DNA of 64,000 nt from Basidiobolus meristosporus CBS 931.73 (Eukaryota; Fungi; Basidiobolomycota), in the NCBI GenBank assembly GCA_002104905.1, contig MCFE01000377.1, forward strand, positions 1-64,000, in the 5' to 3' direction. Shown here in pieces: positions 50,529-62,799 of the stretch (positions are counted from its first letter, which is position 1; every line of letters begins with the position of its first letter). The notes under the pieces are model-generated. The model saw only the letters and a program-made list of their open reading frames with translations, was not told the origin of the DNA and ran no database searches. The position numbers were made by a program, and so were the translations under genes.

Positions 50529-51806
50529 ATGGATTTTGGCACCTCTAATCCTTGTACCCCTAGTTCTTGCGAGCCAGGTAACTCTAACAACAGTCCTAGT
50601 ATCACCTCACGTTCACAGCCTTCCTACAACAATCTCCAATGCGAACGCAACCAGCAGCACTGCCAACGGCTCAAGTTCACGCAGCAACCTGTTCGCCAAC
50701 CACATGTTTCGCCTTGAAGCCGAATTCCTCCACCGCTGCTCCACCCAAACCAAAACCGTCTATCCCAGTCAGCAATTCCTATCTAATCGAGTTCACGAAA
50801 CGAAAGAACTGGTCACATCGCATCATCGACCAGCTACCGGACTTCTATTATGTTATCAACCCGGCCGGGTGTTTTATGTACTGCTCACCCTCCTCGATGG
50901 CGCTGGTAGGGTACTCCCCCACCGAGCTGATAGGGAGGAATATCGTGGACTTCATCCATGTGGATGACGTGGATATCTTCATACGGGATATCAAACAGTC
51001 GTTGGAGGAGCACCAGTTCAAACTCTTCTACCGTTTCCGAAAGAAGGATGATAGGTTCGTAATGTTAGAAGCCCAAGGGCACGCGTATAGAAAAGGGAAT
51101 CCCGAGGCGAAGTGTTTCTTCAGCATCGCCCGACCTTACCCGTTGAAAGCCACCTCGAACATGGACAAACTGCTCGAGCTGAAGCTGGAGAACGAGATCC
51201 TACGACAAAGACTGGCCCGCCTGCGCGGCGGGTACTACGACGACTCGGCTAGCCCCCAGTCTAGTGTGAATCAAGACCTCGACGAAACCCTTCTGGAGGA
51301 GAGCACGTACAACGATGAGGACTTGCGTAATTCATTAGACCTTCGAGGCGGACGGGTGGACCGTGGGGCCTCTAGCTCCACTTCCACGTCGAACTCGAAC
51401 TCAACCTCATGCATTTACCCAATACCCAACAAGGAGGAGACCCCAACCCAGTCGCAAACACAATCGAATAGTGCGCTTGGGGCGAACAAAAAAAAGGTAG
51501 CACGCTTTTTAGACAGTAGGAAGAGGTGTGACTCGCTGGAAACTAAACATCTGTTCTCTTCATTCAAGCGAAAGCACAAGATCGAGGACGACGTGGATCG
51601 CGTCTGTACAGAATGTGGGAAAACCGACTCTCCCTGAATGGCGTAAGGGTCCGCACGGGCCCAAGACGTAAGTGCATCTGTTGATGAGCCGTTGGTTTGA
51701 TTCCAGAGAACTGACCGAATCTAGTCTGTGTAATGCCTGCGGGTTGAGATGGGCCAAAAAATCCCGGCGAGAATCCAAAACGGAAGGGGCCGCCAGCGAA
51801 TCATAG
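50529..51806 (+). CDS. wc-2: White collar-2-like PAS + GATA zinc-finger factor; 5' exon structure uncertain; +1 frameshift at 51632-51634
   Basis: EFTKRKNWS..IIDQLPDF hallmark, PAS domain, coiled coil [33 protein letters not shown]-intron(51668-51724)[12 protein letters not shown]; intron 51497-51568. Confidence 0.88.
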
Positions 51807-52326
51807 TGGCCATGGATCCCTCGCCAACGCAGGCGATCGTTACTAGGGATCATCTTCTATCTATACCTTTCTATCTCTTTCTTATCTTGACATTGATGTC
51901 GTCACACCGTCACCGTTTCCGTTACCGCTTTCATATCCCCACGACTCTTCAGCATGTTCTTATTATTCCTGCATTGTGCTGCTTGGCACCCAGCCCTAGC
52001 GATATGTAAGTAGCAGTTGGCCTCCCACTTAGTAGGTAGAGAGTAATCCCCCTCCCAGAGCGATCCGGAGAAGAGGGGATCAGCTCTACAGCAAATGCGA
52101 CCACATGTAGATAATCAACTTAATACACACTGAAAATACACCCCATCACCCCGAATGAAAAGAAAGAGTTAACGCATCTAACGAAACGAGGTGTGTGTCT
52201 ACGAATAAAACAAATGATGCCTGACTCGCGATTTATTTCATTCCAGAGGATTTTTTGATAGAAACGAATGGATTACGATTATTGTGGGTATGGATAAGAT
52301 GTATGGTTGAGGCAGGCTTGGATGGG

Positions 52327-55300
52327 CTATCTTGACTGCTGAGAGGAGCCACTACTGGAAGTCTCATCATTTCCCGACCTTGGATTCGTCCCTAGGTTTA
52401 CCGAGGAGAGCCTGGCAAGCTGGCTTGGGGTGTGATAGCCTAGTTTATCTATGGATGTACCAGAGACGTTGATCCCTTGCACCTGGTTGATGGCCAGATT
52501 GGTCTTCCGGCGCTTGTTACGTTCGAATTCGGACCATTTCTTCATGGTGATCTGGGTCGAGTCGAATTCCCCTTCCTTCTCGCCATGGCCTCCGGCCCCT
52601 TGCTTCTCCCCCTCGACCTGCCTTGTCTGACCCCAGCTGAAGTCGTCGAAATGCCAGAACGCGTACACCGGGAGGATGAAGTTCCAAACGAGCAATGAGA
52701 GCAAGTAGATCAGCATCCAGCCAACATAGATCACCTTCCGCGTGGTCATCAGGATCAGTATGGCCGGTAAGCCCAAAATCACGGCCAGGAGGATCAGAGG
52801 GATAATCGGTGCGGGGGTCATGAGGAATGAGGCAATGACCAGATAAAGGGTAAAGCAGATGGCAGCCGGGAGAACCACCGTTCCCAAAAGCTCTAGGAAG
52901 ACCACGAATTGCATCGAGAAGCAAAAGGTCCCACACAGGTCTCGGATCAGGACCAGCTCCAGAAGGTTGTGTACAGTTGAGTTGATCCAGCGTCGCCGTT
53001 GAGACAACAAGATGCCGAAGGTGTCGGGCACCACCGTCTTGCACACCGCTTGAGGCACGAAGATCATCTTTCTTTTCGGGAAGGTCCGGAGCATCAGCGT
53101 GGTGAGGAACCGATCTTCTCCCAGCAGCAGGAGGTTTTTCTTGTGCAGAGTGTCGACCACATTCTCCGAGTAATGCTCCACGATATCCGGGCTGGCCAGC
53201 ACAGGCACCCAGAGTCCGGTCGACCCCTTAGGCGCCTTGATCCTGTACATGCAGAAGCATCCGGGTAGACAGGTGACGCCACCGAATACAGACTCGAACG
53301 CTTTGCTCAGATGGTGGGAGATGTAGTATTCAAACACCTGGATCATAGTCACCCAGGAATCGCGTTTGTTGGCAATCTTGGTCTCCCCACACAAGCCCAT
53401 GATTTGCGGATCTCGAACCATGCAGGACACCATTCGAGTGACCGAGTCTGGATATACCTTGGTATCAGCATCCACCATCAGTACGATCTCAAAGTTGTCA
53501 GGACTCACTCCGGTCACGCCCCAGATCGCGTTGAACAGCTCGTACTCCATCTCGGTCATCCGCTCATCGAACATAACGTGCTGTAGGAAGGACATCAAAA
53601 TGATCTGACTGTCGCGCTTTCCACGGTTCCCAGGCTTGGGGAGATTCGCCTCTTCCGGGGTGCCGCACTTCGAGATGAGGATCATCGGAACCCTGGGCTG
53701 CCTCTCGGTAGGCACGGTACTGTCGTCGAACTTGTAATACCCTGCGTAGATCTTGGACATATTGTGACGCTTAGTGCCGTCAGCGATAGCAATGTATGAC
53801 ATCGGCTGAACCAGTTCCGGGGCAATGACGAAGTCCTTCATCATGGAGAGGCAGATATCCGGGGTGGATAGGTCATTTCCAAAGCCAGTGATGACTCCAT
53901 CAGCGATGACCAGAATCAGTTTGTGCGAAGATGGATAATCAGTCAGGGTGAGTGAGTCGAGGGTGGTGCGTAGCCCTTGCTCCCCTTCGGAATAGCAAGT
54001 GACCAGCATGATCGTGTGGGCCAAGGGGAAATTGAATGGCTGGAACGTAACTGGTGGTGGGGTTGGAGGGACATGTACCGGGGAGGTTGCAGCCAACGAA
54101 CTGTTGGACGTCCGACGTGAGAGAGTCAGGTTCAGCGGCTCTGGCGTGCCCGCTGCCCTTCGGGTTCCTGTTGTCGCCGGAGACGTTGGCTGACTGTCTG
54201 AACCAGGCCCGCAGAAAGGATCAAGGTGTTCCTCTTTGAGCTAGGCTCCTGGACAGGGACAGGAATGGGAATGGAGTATCTGCTTGTGTTGGGAAGGAAC
54301 GCCCCGCTGTTCCTTACAGATTGGGAATTCGATCGAACAGCGGAGAATGCAATGTGACTGGGATTATCACTCCACAATTCAATGGCCTCCAGTCTTTTCA
54401 TACGCTCTTCGTACGTTTCCTGCCGGAAGGTTCCTAACCGCCAGCTCAGCACCCACCCAAAGAAGACGGCAAGGAAAAACTTGGTGAGAACCACACCCAG
54501 GATGACGACGAGCGAAACGTAAAGGATGATGTTGGAGATGATGCACCCCATGGAGTTCGTGTCCAATGTCCCCACCTTGAGGATCTCCATTGCACACCTG
54601 GCTTCAGCCTTGTGATAGTTGTTGAAGAGGAATGTCACATCGGTGCCTCGGTGCGGGGAGTTTGCACTACGCAGTGTTTCGAATACCGGTGGGACCTCAA
54701 TGCCAGGAACTAGAGAATTCAAGATATCGAAATCAAGTATATTCCTAAACACACACGAAACTTGTGTCAATTCACACATTCAGGTAATGTCCAGAATACA
54801 TTTCGACTTACCCATTGTATACGGCCAGGTTGCGGTTCTTTCTCAGGACGTCATTCCAATTATAATAAACATCCCCCAGGACATTCAAGCGCACCAGGGC
54901 ATCCCTCGACACCTTAGAGACGTGGCAGCCAGTTTGATTGGTGTTGTCGTTGGTGTGTGGGTAATAGGTGGCGTTGCGAACGACGCAGGGGAAATAGTTG
55001 TACACGTTCCCAGCAGAATCCGCCCCATTAGTGACCCTTAAGACGTTTTTACAGTTCCCATTGATTTGCTGAAACAAGTAGGACATATCCATGGCTCCGG
55101 CTAGAGAAACAACACTCCCCCCTTGGGTCAGTATTGCATTAACGGTGGGGTGGTTGAACCCTGATATCTTATAAGCCCTTCCGTTGACGATAGAATAGTC
55201 TATACCGATGGTCCCCTGTTTGACACGCAGGGAAACGCCCCCTCCGCAGAGGACTTGCTGCAATCCAAATGTAAGAAAGCCCACAAACAGGCAGAGAAAT

Positions 55301-56352
55301 AGGATCAGAGTGCATAGCGCCATTTTCTCTCTCCAAGCCTGCCTCACTTCTGGCGTACGCATCCCTAAAGAGTACAGCAGATGAGAAAACGTCAGGTGGA
55401 TTTCCTAGTGAGCTACAAACCACAGCAAGAGAGTACGGGTCGAGGAGCATAGAACGTAACCACTCTGGAGAAAATCGCCCAGCAGCTTGGGCAGCTCCGT
55501 TTTTGCGAGGTCAATACCTGGACTGGTTTGGCACCAGTGTTCTTCAAGACTCTCAGGATACTGTCACTACGGCCAATGGGATCATGGCGATGGACGGAGT
55601 TTCCTTTTTGCAGCCCCTCTGCTTCGTCTTTGTGACGCGGATACCTTCGCTGAGTTGGGCGGCGCTCGGGTCTTATCAATGACTTCTGTCTCCTTGGGTG
55701 ATCAGAACCGTCCGCCCCTTGTGACGCTGCTCCTAGATGGGTATTTCTTCGTAACAGGTTCCGGGACCCAAGTGACTTGGTGGAAGACCTTGAGGGGATG
55801 TTATCCCTGGTAAAGGACTCCCGCAACGGAGATATATTTCCTACAAGAACCGATTAGCTGGATTGACTGATGGACCATCTGGATCACAAGCGAACCTGCT
55901 GAAGAACGACTACGGGAAGGCCGATTGTCTAGCCCATCATTGGTTTGTCGGAGGGCCAGAGGCTTGTATGAGGATCTTGGTGAAGCGATTTGCACGGTTT
56001 GTCGGCGTTCAAGACTGGTGATCGGTCGATCATTTCTGGATATGCTTGGCTCAGGGGAGACTGGTCTTTTTAAGACCTTAAGAGATTTGCGGGCTAAGGG
56101 AAAGCATACTTAGTACATGGTTAAGGTATTCGCTGGCACTAAGCGCCTACCCTCAACATTGGCCAAATCCCGCTTGTAGGTGGATGGATTTCTGGACAGG
56201 GGTCTAGATTCTGCCGGGCTTCTTCCGACGATGGTCACTGAGCGCCGTGGTTGCGCAGAGGAGGGGCTCCGACTGAGTGAAGGGCTAGGGGGATTCTCCT
56301 TTGATGTTGAACTATCGCTTGATTTAGAGAGATTTTCGTTCATTGTTCCCAC
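52327..56352 (-). CDS. CHS3: Class IV chitin synthase (ScChs3-like), at least 4 introns, one unexplained frame break at 54132-54243
   Basis: [72 protein letters not shown]; introns 56150-56094, 55895-55841, and near 55420-55366 and 54810-54745. Confidence 0.95.
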
Positions 56353-57282
56353 ACTTCAATCTAAAGCAGTAATGGAGTAAAGCGAAAGTTGGCAAAGAAG
56401 TCTATGCAAAAACAAGCATCACAGGGCAAAGCGACAATAGCCAGTATTAGGAGATGTTCGAGAGAGAAAAGACCGGTAGAGACCGGTAGATCAACGCCTG
56501 CGTGGTTAATATATTTTTTGAGAAACGTTTTTAATCTACTGTTCATGTGCATCAAATGTAGGATTGATGTCCACAACGACTATAGACTATACGCTCATCC
56601 ATTCTTACTGCACCTCTCCCGTTATTGGAAATGAAGCGATCCCGATTTTTCGAGAAAGCGAAGCTACCCCTTAATTGACTGGCGGTGGTTTCTACGAACA
56701 ATCTCTCCTTGGTTATGTAACTCCTGTATTGGACTCAGCTCTATGTTTCGAGTCCAACTTGAGCGAATGAAGATGACCCGTCATACACATATGATATCAT
56801 CCGCCTGAAATCTACGGATTGTTCTAAGCAACAAATCATGCGGCGTTTTTGATAACGCACCATGCAGATCAACTTTCGTGCAGACGTAGAAGGCCCAGTT
56901 CTGCGGATACCCCAGAACCTCCACCATTTACGAGAAGGGAGAGTTTGGCCACCGTTTTCCAGCAAACGTATTTGAAGATTTGCGATAAGGGTTAACTGAC
57001 ACATGGCTTTGTTCCTACCTTTTCTCCTTTATCGTAAACTCCAGGAGTCAAATCGATCGGAACGACCTGATCCCATCAGAAATGCCGACAAGGCCGTTGG
57101 CTAAAATACCAACACATGTATGTGGCACTCCTTGGCTGGAGCTAGGGAGTAGCGCTGCTTCTATCCCGTCGGGCCTATGCCAAATATATGCTTGACAGCG
57201 TTTGCCTCTTTTTTCAATCGAAATTTATTCTTTTCCACAAGCGCAGGGTTTCTATGGAGTGTGGTACCTGAGTGGATCTACC

Positions 57283-60200
57283 TTAGTGGTGTAAATGTGG
57301 AGTGTTGACGAGGGATATCGAAGAAGGCACCGTAGCACGGACCGACACGCTTCGCAGCAGATTCTTGATGTCTGCTTTGGATCTATCGGATCGGATCGTT
57401 CTCGAGGTTAGCGACATCTCTCTTGGGACGTCCGACGAATCACTATCCATAAAATCACTAGAATCGTTGCCATTCTTCAGGGCCTCAAGCAGGTTTTCTA
57501 CCTTGGGGGATACGGGTGGTTCGGAATCCTCGTGTCGAACGATCAATGGAGCAGAAAGCTTAAGGTGGTGTACGTGTGCGCCACTCGCGCATTGCTGCGA
57601 ACATATAGACGACCGTAGAGAATCATAGCTGCTCCCTTTTGGATCGTACTCCAAATCTAGCCGTTTCTCAAGGTCGGAAAACTGCCGCTGCGAATGCTCA
57701 TCGTGGAGGAGGATCTCCTTGATGGTGTCTGGGTCAATGTTCACCCTTCTCGCCTGGTACGAGAGGTTATTGTTTTCTTTTAGCATGGCAAATGTTTTCC
57801 CCTCCATGCACTTTAGATCATTGAGGTTGCAATCTCGTGGATCAAACCAGCAGTTGGACTGTTTCCGGGTCTTGATCACTTCCTTCATGTACGTCCGGAG
57901 CTGCTCGATCTCAAGAAACTCGCCTGCATACTCAAAATAAGAAGCTACGAATTGATCCAGCGCGTGAGGCTGCTCTATAGAATTGGCTGTCCCTTGTAGT
58001 TTGAACATCAGTGGAGTCACTCGAATCAATTCGTCATGCTGGTAACGCTGGAGAAGTTTTTTGAAAATCGAAAGAATGATCGAGTAATCGAGTGGGAAAA
58101 GTGACTCCTGCAAAGTACAATCGAACAATGCTTGATGAAGCGCATGTCTGAACTCAAGAGCAGTGTCTACTGAGCGATGTACATGCTGTGATGAAAATAT
58201 TAGGTGAAGCCGCTCCATGCAAACCAAACGGGAATACACTGTGCAATACCTTGGCCGAGTTTATGGTTGATGACTTCGGTGTTGCTGTGTTTTTGCTACA
58301 ATAGATCAGTCACGAATTGAGAAAAAGTGGGTCCTGCATACAAAATACCTCTCATGGATACTCCAGTTATCCAGATAACTCAGAAAGAAAAACCCGTATT
58401 CCTTTCGTACAGCTAGATGGAGATTAGCAGAAGCCTCACAAGGTGATCTCCGTCAAACTTACATGGATGTTCATTCGTAAACAAGCAGAATGTGGGCGAG
58501 ATAATAGAGTAGGGAACCTCACTGTTTCCGTAATGGGAATCCTCCACTGCCTTACTGTTCGTGTCTACCAGGATCTTCATACACTTGAGCACGGCCCTGC
58601 GAATAGAGGAAACAGGAACTTCATCGACAACTTGCTCTTTACAATTGAGCGACAACTTTTTGATCAAAAAGTCCAGAATATCATTGATTTGTTCGGAGTA
58701 GTAGAGATGAGTGGCTAAACCGCCTGGATAGAACGTGGTCAGCTGTAGTATAGGCATACGCTTGATCGGCTCCTACCAATGCTTTCCACGATGCCTTTTC
58801 GAAACTCGGCCTCTAATGGAGTAAATTCGTGAGGATGTGTATTGTTTTTGTTGAGACTCTTATACTTCAACATAATGAACAAGTGGTCGATTAGAGCTTC
58901 AACAACCTCCAACACCGATAATCCCACAGCAACCATCCGATTAGCAAGGCAGAATGCTATCAAGTTTATCAGAGTAGCTTTCCTCTGGTCCACCTCCATT
59001 TCATTGCATAACTTCAGCATCTTTCGGATTTCGTTGACGATGATATGGCGATATGATGGCTATACATACACGATTAATGGCTGGATGAACCATACTGACG
59101 ATAGCCCAGACACTTACCGCGACGTTCAGCATAATGAAATGAACCAGGTCGATGCAGTAGTCTTGACACTGGTAGTGGTTGTGCTCTTCTATATAGCTGA
59201 ATTCCAAAGACACTAAGTTAATACCCATTGTGAATAGACGCGAGGAGGCATCTACCTAAAGAAAATCACGGTAATTTCTCGAAGATACAACGGAGGGCTG
59301 TTTTGAAGTAACTGCTTGCCACACTCCAATGAGCACACGTTTGTAGTGGCTTCGCTCATTTCAGTCGGACTCAAAGTGTAGTGCTCTTCTAGACACTCCG
59401 GTGTCTCAGGTAGGTCAGATTCACTAAAAGGACAGGAACTGTTAGCATCTTGTTGTTGCAACTCCAGAGCGGAAGTGAAAACCCCCACGTCAAATAGGCT
59501 TTGAACGAATCGATGTTCGACAATATCGAATAGATCAGCTCTTTCAAGTAGGCTTTCGGGCTTGAGGATTTGATGATAGTCGAGCTGACAAGTCCATGAA
59601 TTGCTCGCAAACCCAGCAACCTCCATCTGCGATTTTCCCAATATTTCGAGTAAGATATAGTGTACCAATAAAATCACCTTCCCTGCTTACTTTTTCTCTG
59701 ATTCTTTGCTTGTGTCCTTTGACGCTTCTTTAATGAAACTGCTCGTTAGGGAATCGAATTCCCTGGTTAAATTTTCATCCACGCCCAGGGTAGAGCCGTC
59801 ATGTAGCGTGCAAAATCTACGAAACTAAATTTCCTTGAGGTTAATAGCTCGAATTTTCAAGAAACCAGTTGAAGTAAACATTACTGTATTGGCCGCTGCC
59901 CAACTTAAATCAAAATCGCCCATCTCCAGTATCGTTGATAAAGAGTACAGCACACACTTGGCGAACAGGTTGAGGTCTTTGCTGCAACCAGCCATGAGTT
60001 CGTTAATGATCCCAATGGTTATCATTATATCGCTGTTGGATGGTGAGCAAGATATCAGTCTCAGGCAAACAAGGTAGAATCAAAGCGTTTCTCACAATTT
60101 CTTTTGCCTGTAAACATCCCTACTAATCCTTTTTTTGAGATACTGCGCTACTTTGGCAAGTTTGGCTGGTTTCGAGGCGGCATAGTACACCAAATAAGAG

Positions 60201-60298
60201 GTTTCACTGGGCTGTGGGGAGTTTTGCCCTGCTTGGGTGGGATAGCAATTCTCGATCAGACGGACATGATTCTTTCTGGGTAAACACGAACACGACAT
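57283..60298 (-). CDS. EFR3: EFR3 homolog (plasma-membrane scaffold of the PI4-kinase complex), multi-exon
   Basis: N-terminal MSCSC (palmitoylation-type Cys), HVRLIENCYP, SYLVYYAASKPAKLAKV..YL.KR, DLNLFA, YYPDQI-type motif (FYPGGL/YYSEQINDI); GT-AG introns join the exon ORFs. Confidence 0.9.
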
Positions 60299-60875
60299 TT
60301 TGATGGAATTTCAGGAAGAGACTCGAAGCTGTCAAGAGAGAGAAAGATATAAATGTATATATAAAACTTCGATGAAACTCCCAGATATCCATAGAGCGTT
60401 CTTGAGCCGGGAAAATGTCAGTGAGTCCCAAAATGTACATGTCAAATGAGTTTTTCCAGGATCCGAAACGATGAAGAGGGTATTGGCTGTCACGAATCTA
60501 GATGCGATGCCACAAATGGAGTTCGAAAAGTAGCAGCCACAAGGTCTATAGGTAGGCAATGGTGTCATGTGATTTTCACAAATCAATGGTATGATGTGCA
60601 GATCATGTGATACGCGGGGACCGTCCTATGACCTTCACTTCACTCACTACCTCACATCACATCGCAGCAAGGTGTGGTGATGGCATTGGTTAGTAAGCAT
60701 ACTCAATACAATGGTAGATGACGCATCATACTTTCACGGCCCATGACGTAGCTGATTGATTTAACTTTATCCAAGAAACTAATCCGATGTGAAAATTTGG
60801 TTGATATGCCTGTGCAGCGATTTGGCGGTGAGCGTTTATCTTGGCCGATAATCCAAAGCAGCACAACATTACAGA

Positions 60876-60880
60876 TATAA
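60876..60880 (+). promoter_or_regulatory. Candidate TATA box of small protein 1
   Basis: TATAA about 45 nt upstream of the ATG; paralog 2 has TATAA at a similar distance (62048-62052). Confidence 0.35.
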
Positions 60881-60922
60881 GAAAGTGGATCCTCTCTACA
60901 GCCATTATTACATTTCACAGCC

Positions 60923-61174
60923 ATGTTCTTCTCTACTCTTCTCCGCTCCTCCCGCCAAGTTGTAAACCAATCCAGTCGCATTGCTAGACAAGGCGAGCAT
61001 GTCGACCCTGCCCAAGCCGTTGCAGTCCACAAGAACACCCAAGCCAAAAGCAAAATAAACCGCACTGATGCTGAGGAGAAGCTCACCGGAAACATTAGCT
61101 CCAAGATTAAGGAAGGCACTACCGCCACAGGCTTGAAAGAGGAAAAATGGAGCCCACTGCGCTCCAACCATTAA
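60923..61174 (+). CDS. Small protein 1 (83 aa), unknown family, mitochondrial-presequence-like N-terminus
   Basis: Paralog of 62101-62370 with mostly synonymous differences in conserved blocks; the first 24 aa have 4 Arg, many Ser and no acidic residue; intronless. Confidence 0.82.
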   Translation: MFFSTLLRSSRQVVNQSSRIARQGEHVDPAQAVAVHKNTQAKSKINRTDAEEKLTGNISSKIKEGTTATGLKEEKWSPLRSNH

Positions 61175-62100
61175 CCAGCCATCCATGGTTGCCCTGATAT
61201 GGGATCGGAGGAATTATATTTTATGTCGGTTTCCAGCCGTACTTAGCTAACTAATAAACTCGTTCAGTTCTACCAATTGGGTTTGTGCTAGTGTGTGTAA
61301 CATACACAACGTGTACAACGCAAGAGTAAAACTTGCTGGTTTCTGTGATAGTGTGTCGCAGGATACTATTGGCGGTTGCTGAAGGGATCTACGTGTTTCC
61401 TAGGAAAGTCATAGATAAGCCATAACAGACCAGGTCTGTGTAATATATACGTGAAAGAATACTGTAAGTATACCAAATGAGTGACTGTATGCCGCACAAA
61501 ATCAGAAGTGAATATCAGTAACTTGTCGCTTGTGACCCTAGCCATATTAGTATGATGCAGGCGAGAGATGTCGAGCCCATTCCTGTTCCACGAAATGCAG
61601 CATCCCAATAAGAATGTGCCTCTATGACGCCCCTCGTTAGCCCTTCTGGTCATCACCAGCGTTAACGCAGCTGCTTGTTCCTGAATGCTGTTCAGTGGAG
61701 AATGGCTAGAATGCCAGCAGCATGAGACCGTTGTATAAGGTGAATACGTCACCAAGTATGAAATCAGTAATCAACGCCTAGTCACATGTGAGTGATTCAG
61801 CGATAAAGGTCACTTGAAAACCAAGCGTCCATGCCTGGATATTTGTAAGCTTAAATCGCACCACCACTCATCAGGAGGACAAACAAGAACCCAACACCTC
61901 GAGTGAGCAGTATTTCACATTCAACCGGACTAATTGGCCGCTGCGATCCTTACAGCTTCTTACTGGCGCTCCTTCCAGAACGAAGTCACATTGCCTTTTT
62001 CCTCTGTATCTCACCTGCCATTTGTCACTTGGCCGCTTCGAAAAAGGTATAAGTATAGCTCAACAAGTAGCCCCGATGATTGCCATTTCTCAACACAAAC

Positions 62101-62370
62101 ATGTTTCGTACATCTATCTTGAGATCGTCACGCCATGTAGTCAACCAGTCAAGTCGTCTCGCTAGACAAGGTGAATATGTAGATCCCAATGAGGCAATAG
62201 CTATCATGAAGAAAAATCAGCAGATCAAGGAATTCCTAAGATCTAGCGAAGCCGTCGAGGAAGAATTCAGTGGCAATGTCAGCGCCCAATTCAAGCATGG
62301 AACCCAGCCCGACACCTTCATTTACCTCAAGGAGGAAATGTGGAGTCCTTTACGTCCCAGTAAAGTTTGA
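62101..62370 (+). CDS. Small protein 2 (89 aa from the ATG at 62101), paralog of small protein 1
   Basis: LRSSRHVVNQSSRLARQGEYVDP...GNVS...LKEEMWSPLR; caaacATG start context; the ORF track start at 62080 is an upstream TTG. Confidence 0.82.
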   Translation: MFRTSILRSSRHVVNQSSRLARQGEYVDPNEAIAIMKKNQQIKEFLRSSEAVEEEFSGNVSAQFKHGTQPDTFIYLKEEMWSPLRPSKV

Positions 62371-62799
62371 TTGGCGTTTCCGTGCTGTATGTATACTTGT
62401 ACTATCCTGTATATCAACCTTGCTTTATTTACATACATCAACCCTCATTGCTGTATCGAATCCAGCTTTGTAGGTCAGATACATCCCTGCTCCCTTTAGT
62501 ATTTGGCCGGCTAGGTTTATACTTCAATTTTTATCGCAATTCTTGAGCCAAACTTGTCAACTCAATTCATTAAAATAGTCGAAATCATCAACCTCAATTC
62601 CATGTAGTTTATTGGCAAGCATCGAAATAGTAATCGGTCTTTACTCAAGTCGTGTCCTCTAAAAAGCCGAACATGTCATTTGAACCCATTTTAGAATTAG
62701 TGTCACATGTGGCGTGAACAAATCACTTGCAAGGCACGCAAGTGTAGATGGCTCACCGACTAGTGGGTGGGGCAAAGGTAGTCGGAACGTCACTACGAT

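Noticed and set aside
52477-56113. Many short ORFs overlapping the chitin synthase on either strand
   Set aside because: Alternative-frame and antisense shadows of a GC-rich coding sequence.
56361-57282. Short ORFs between EFR3 and chitin synthase
   Set aside because: No motifs, splice structure or paralogy; most likely promoter and UTR DNA.
61366-61755. 129-aa minus-strand ORF between the two small-protein genes
   Set aside because: Non-ATG start, no recognisable features and no counterpart near the other paralog.
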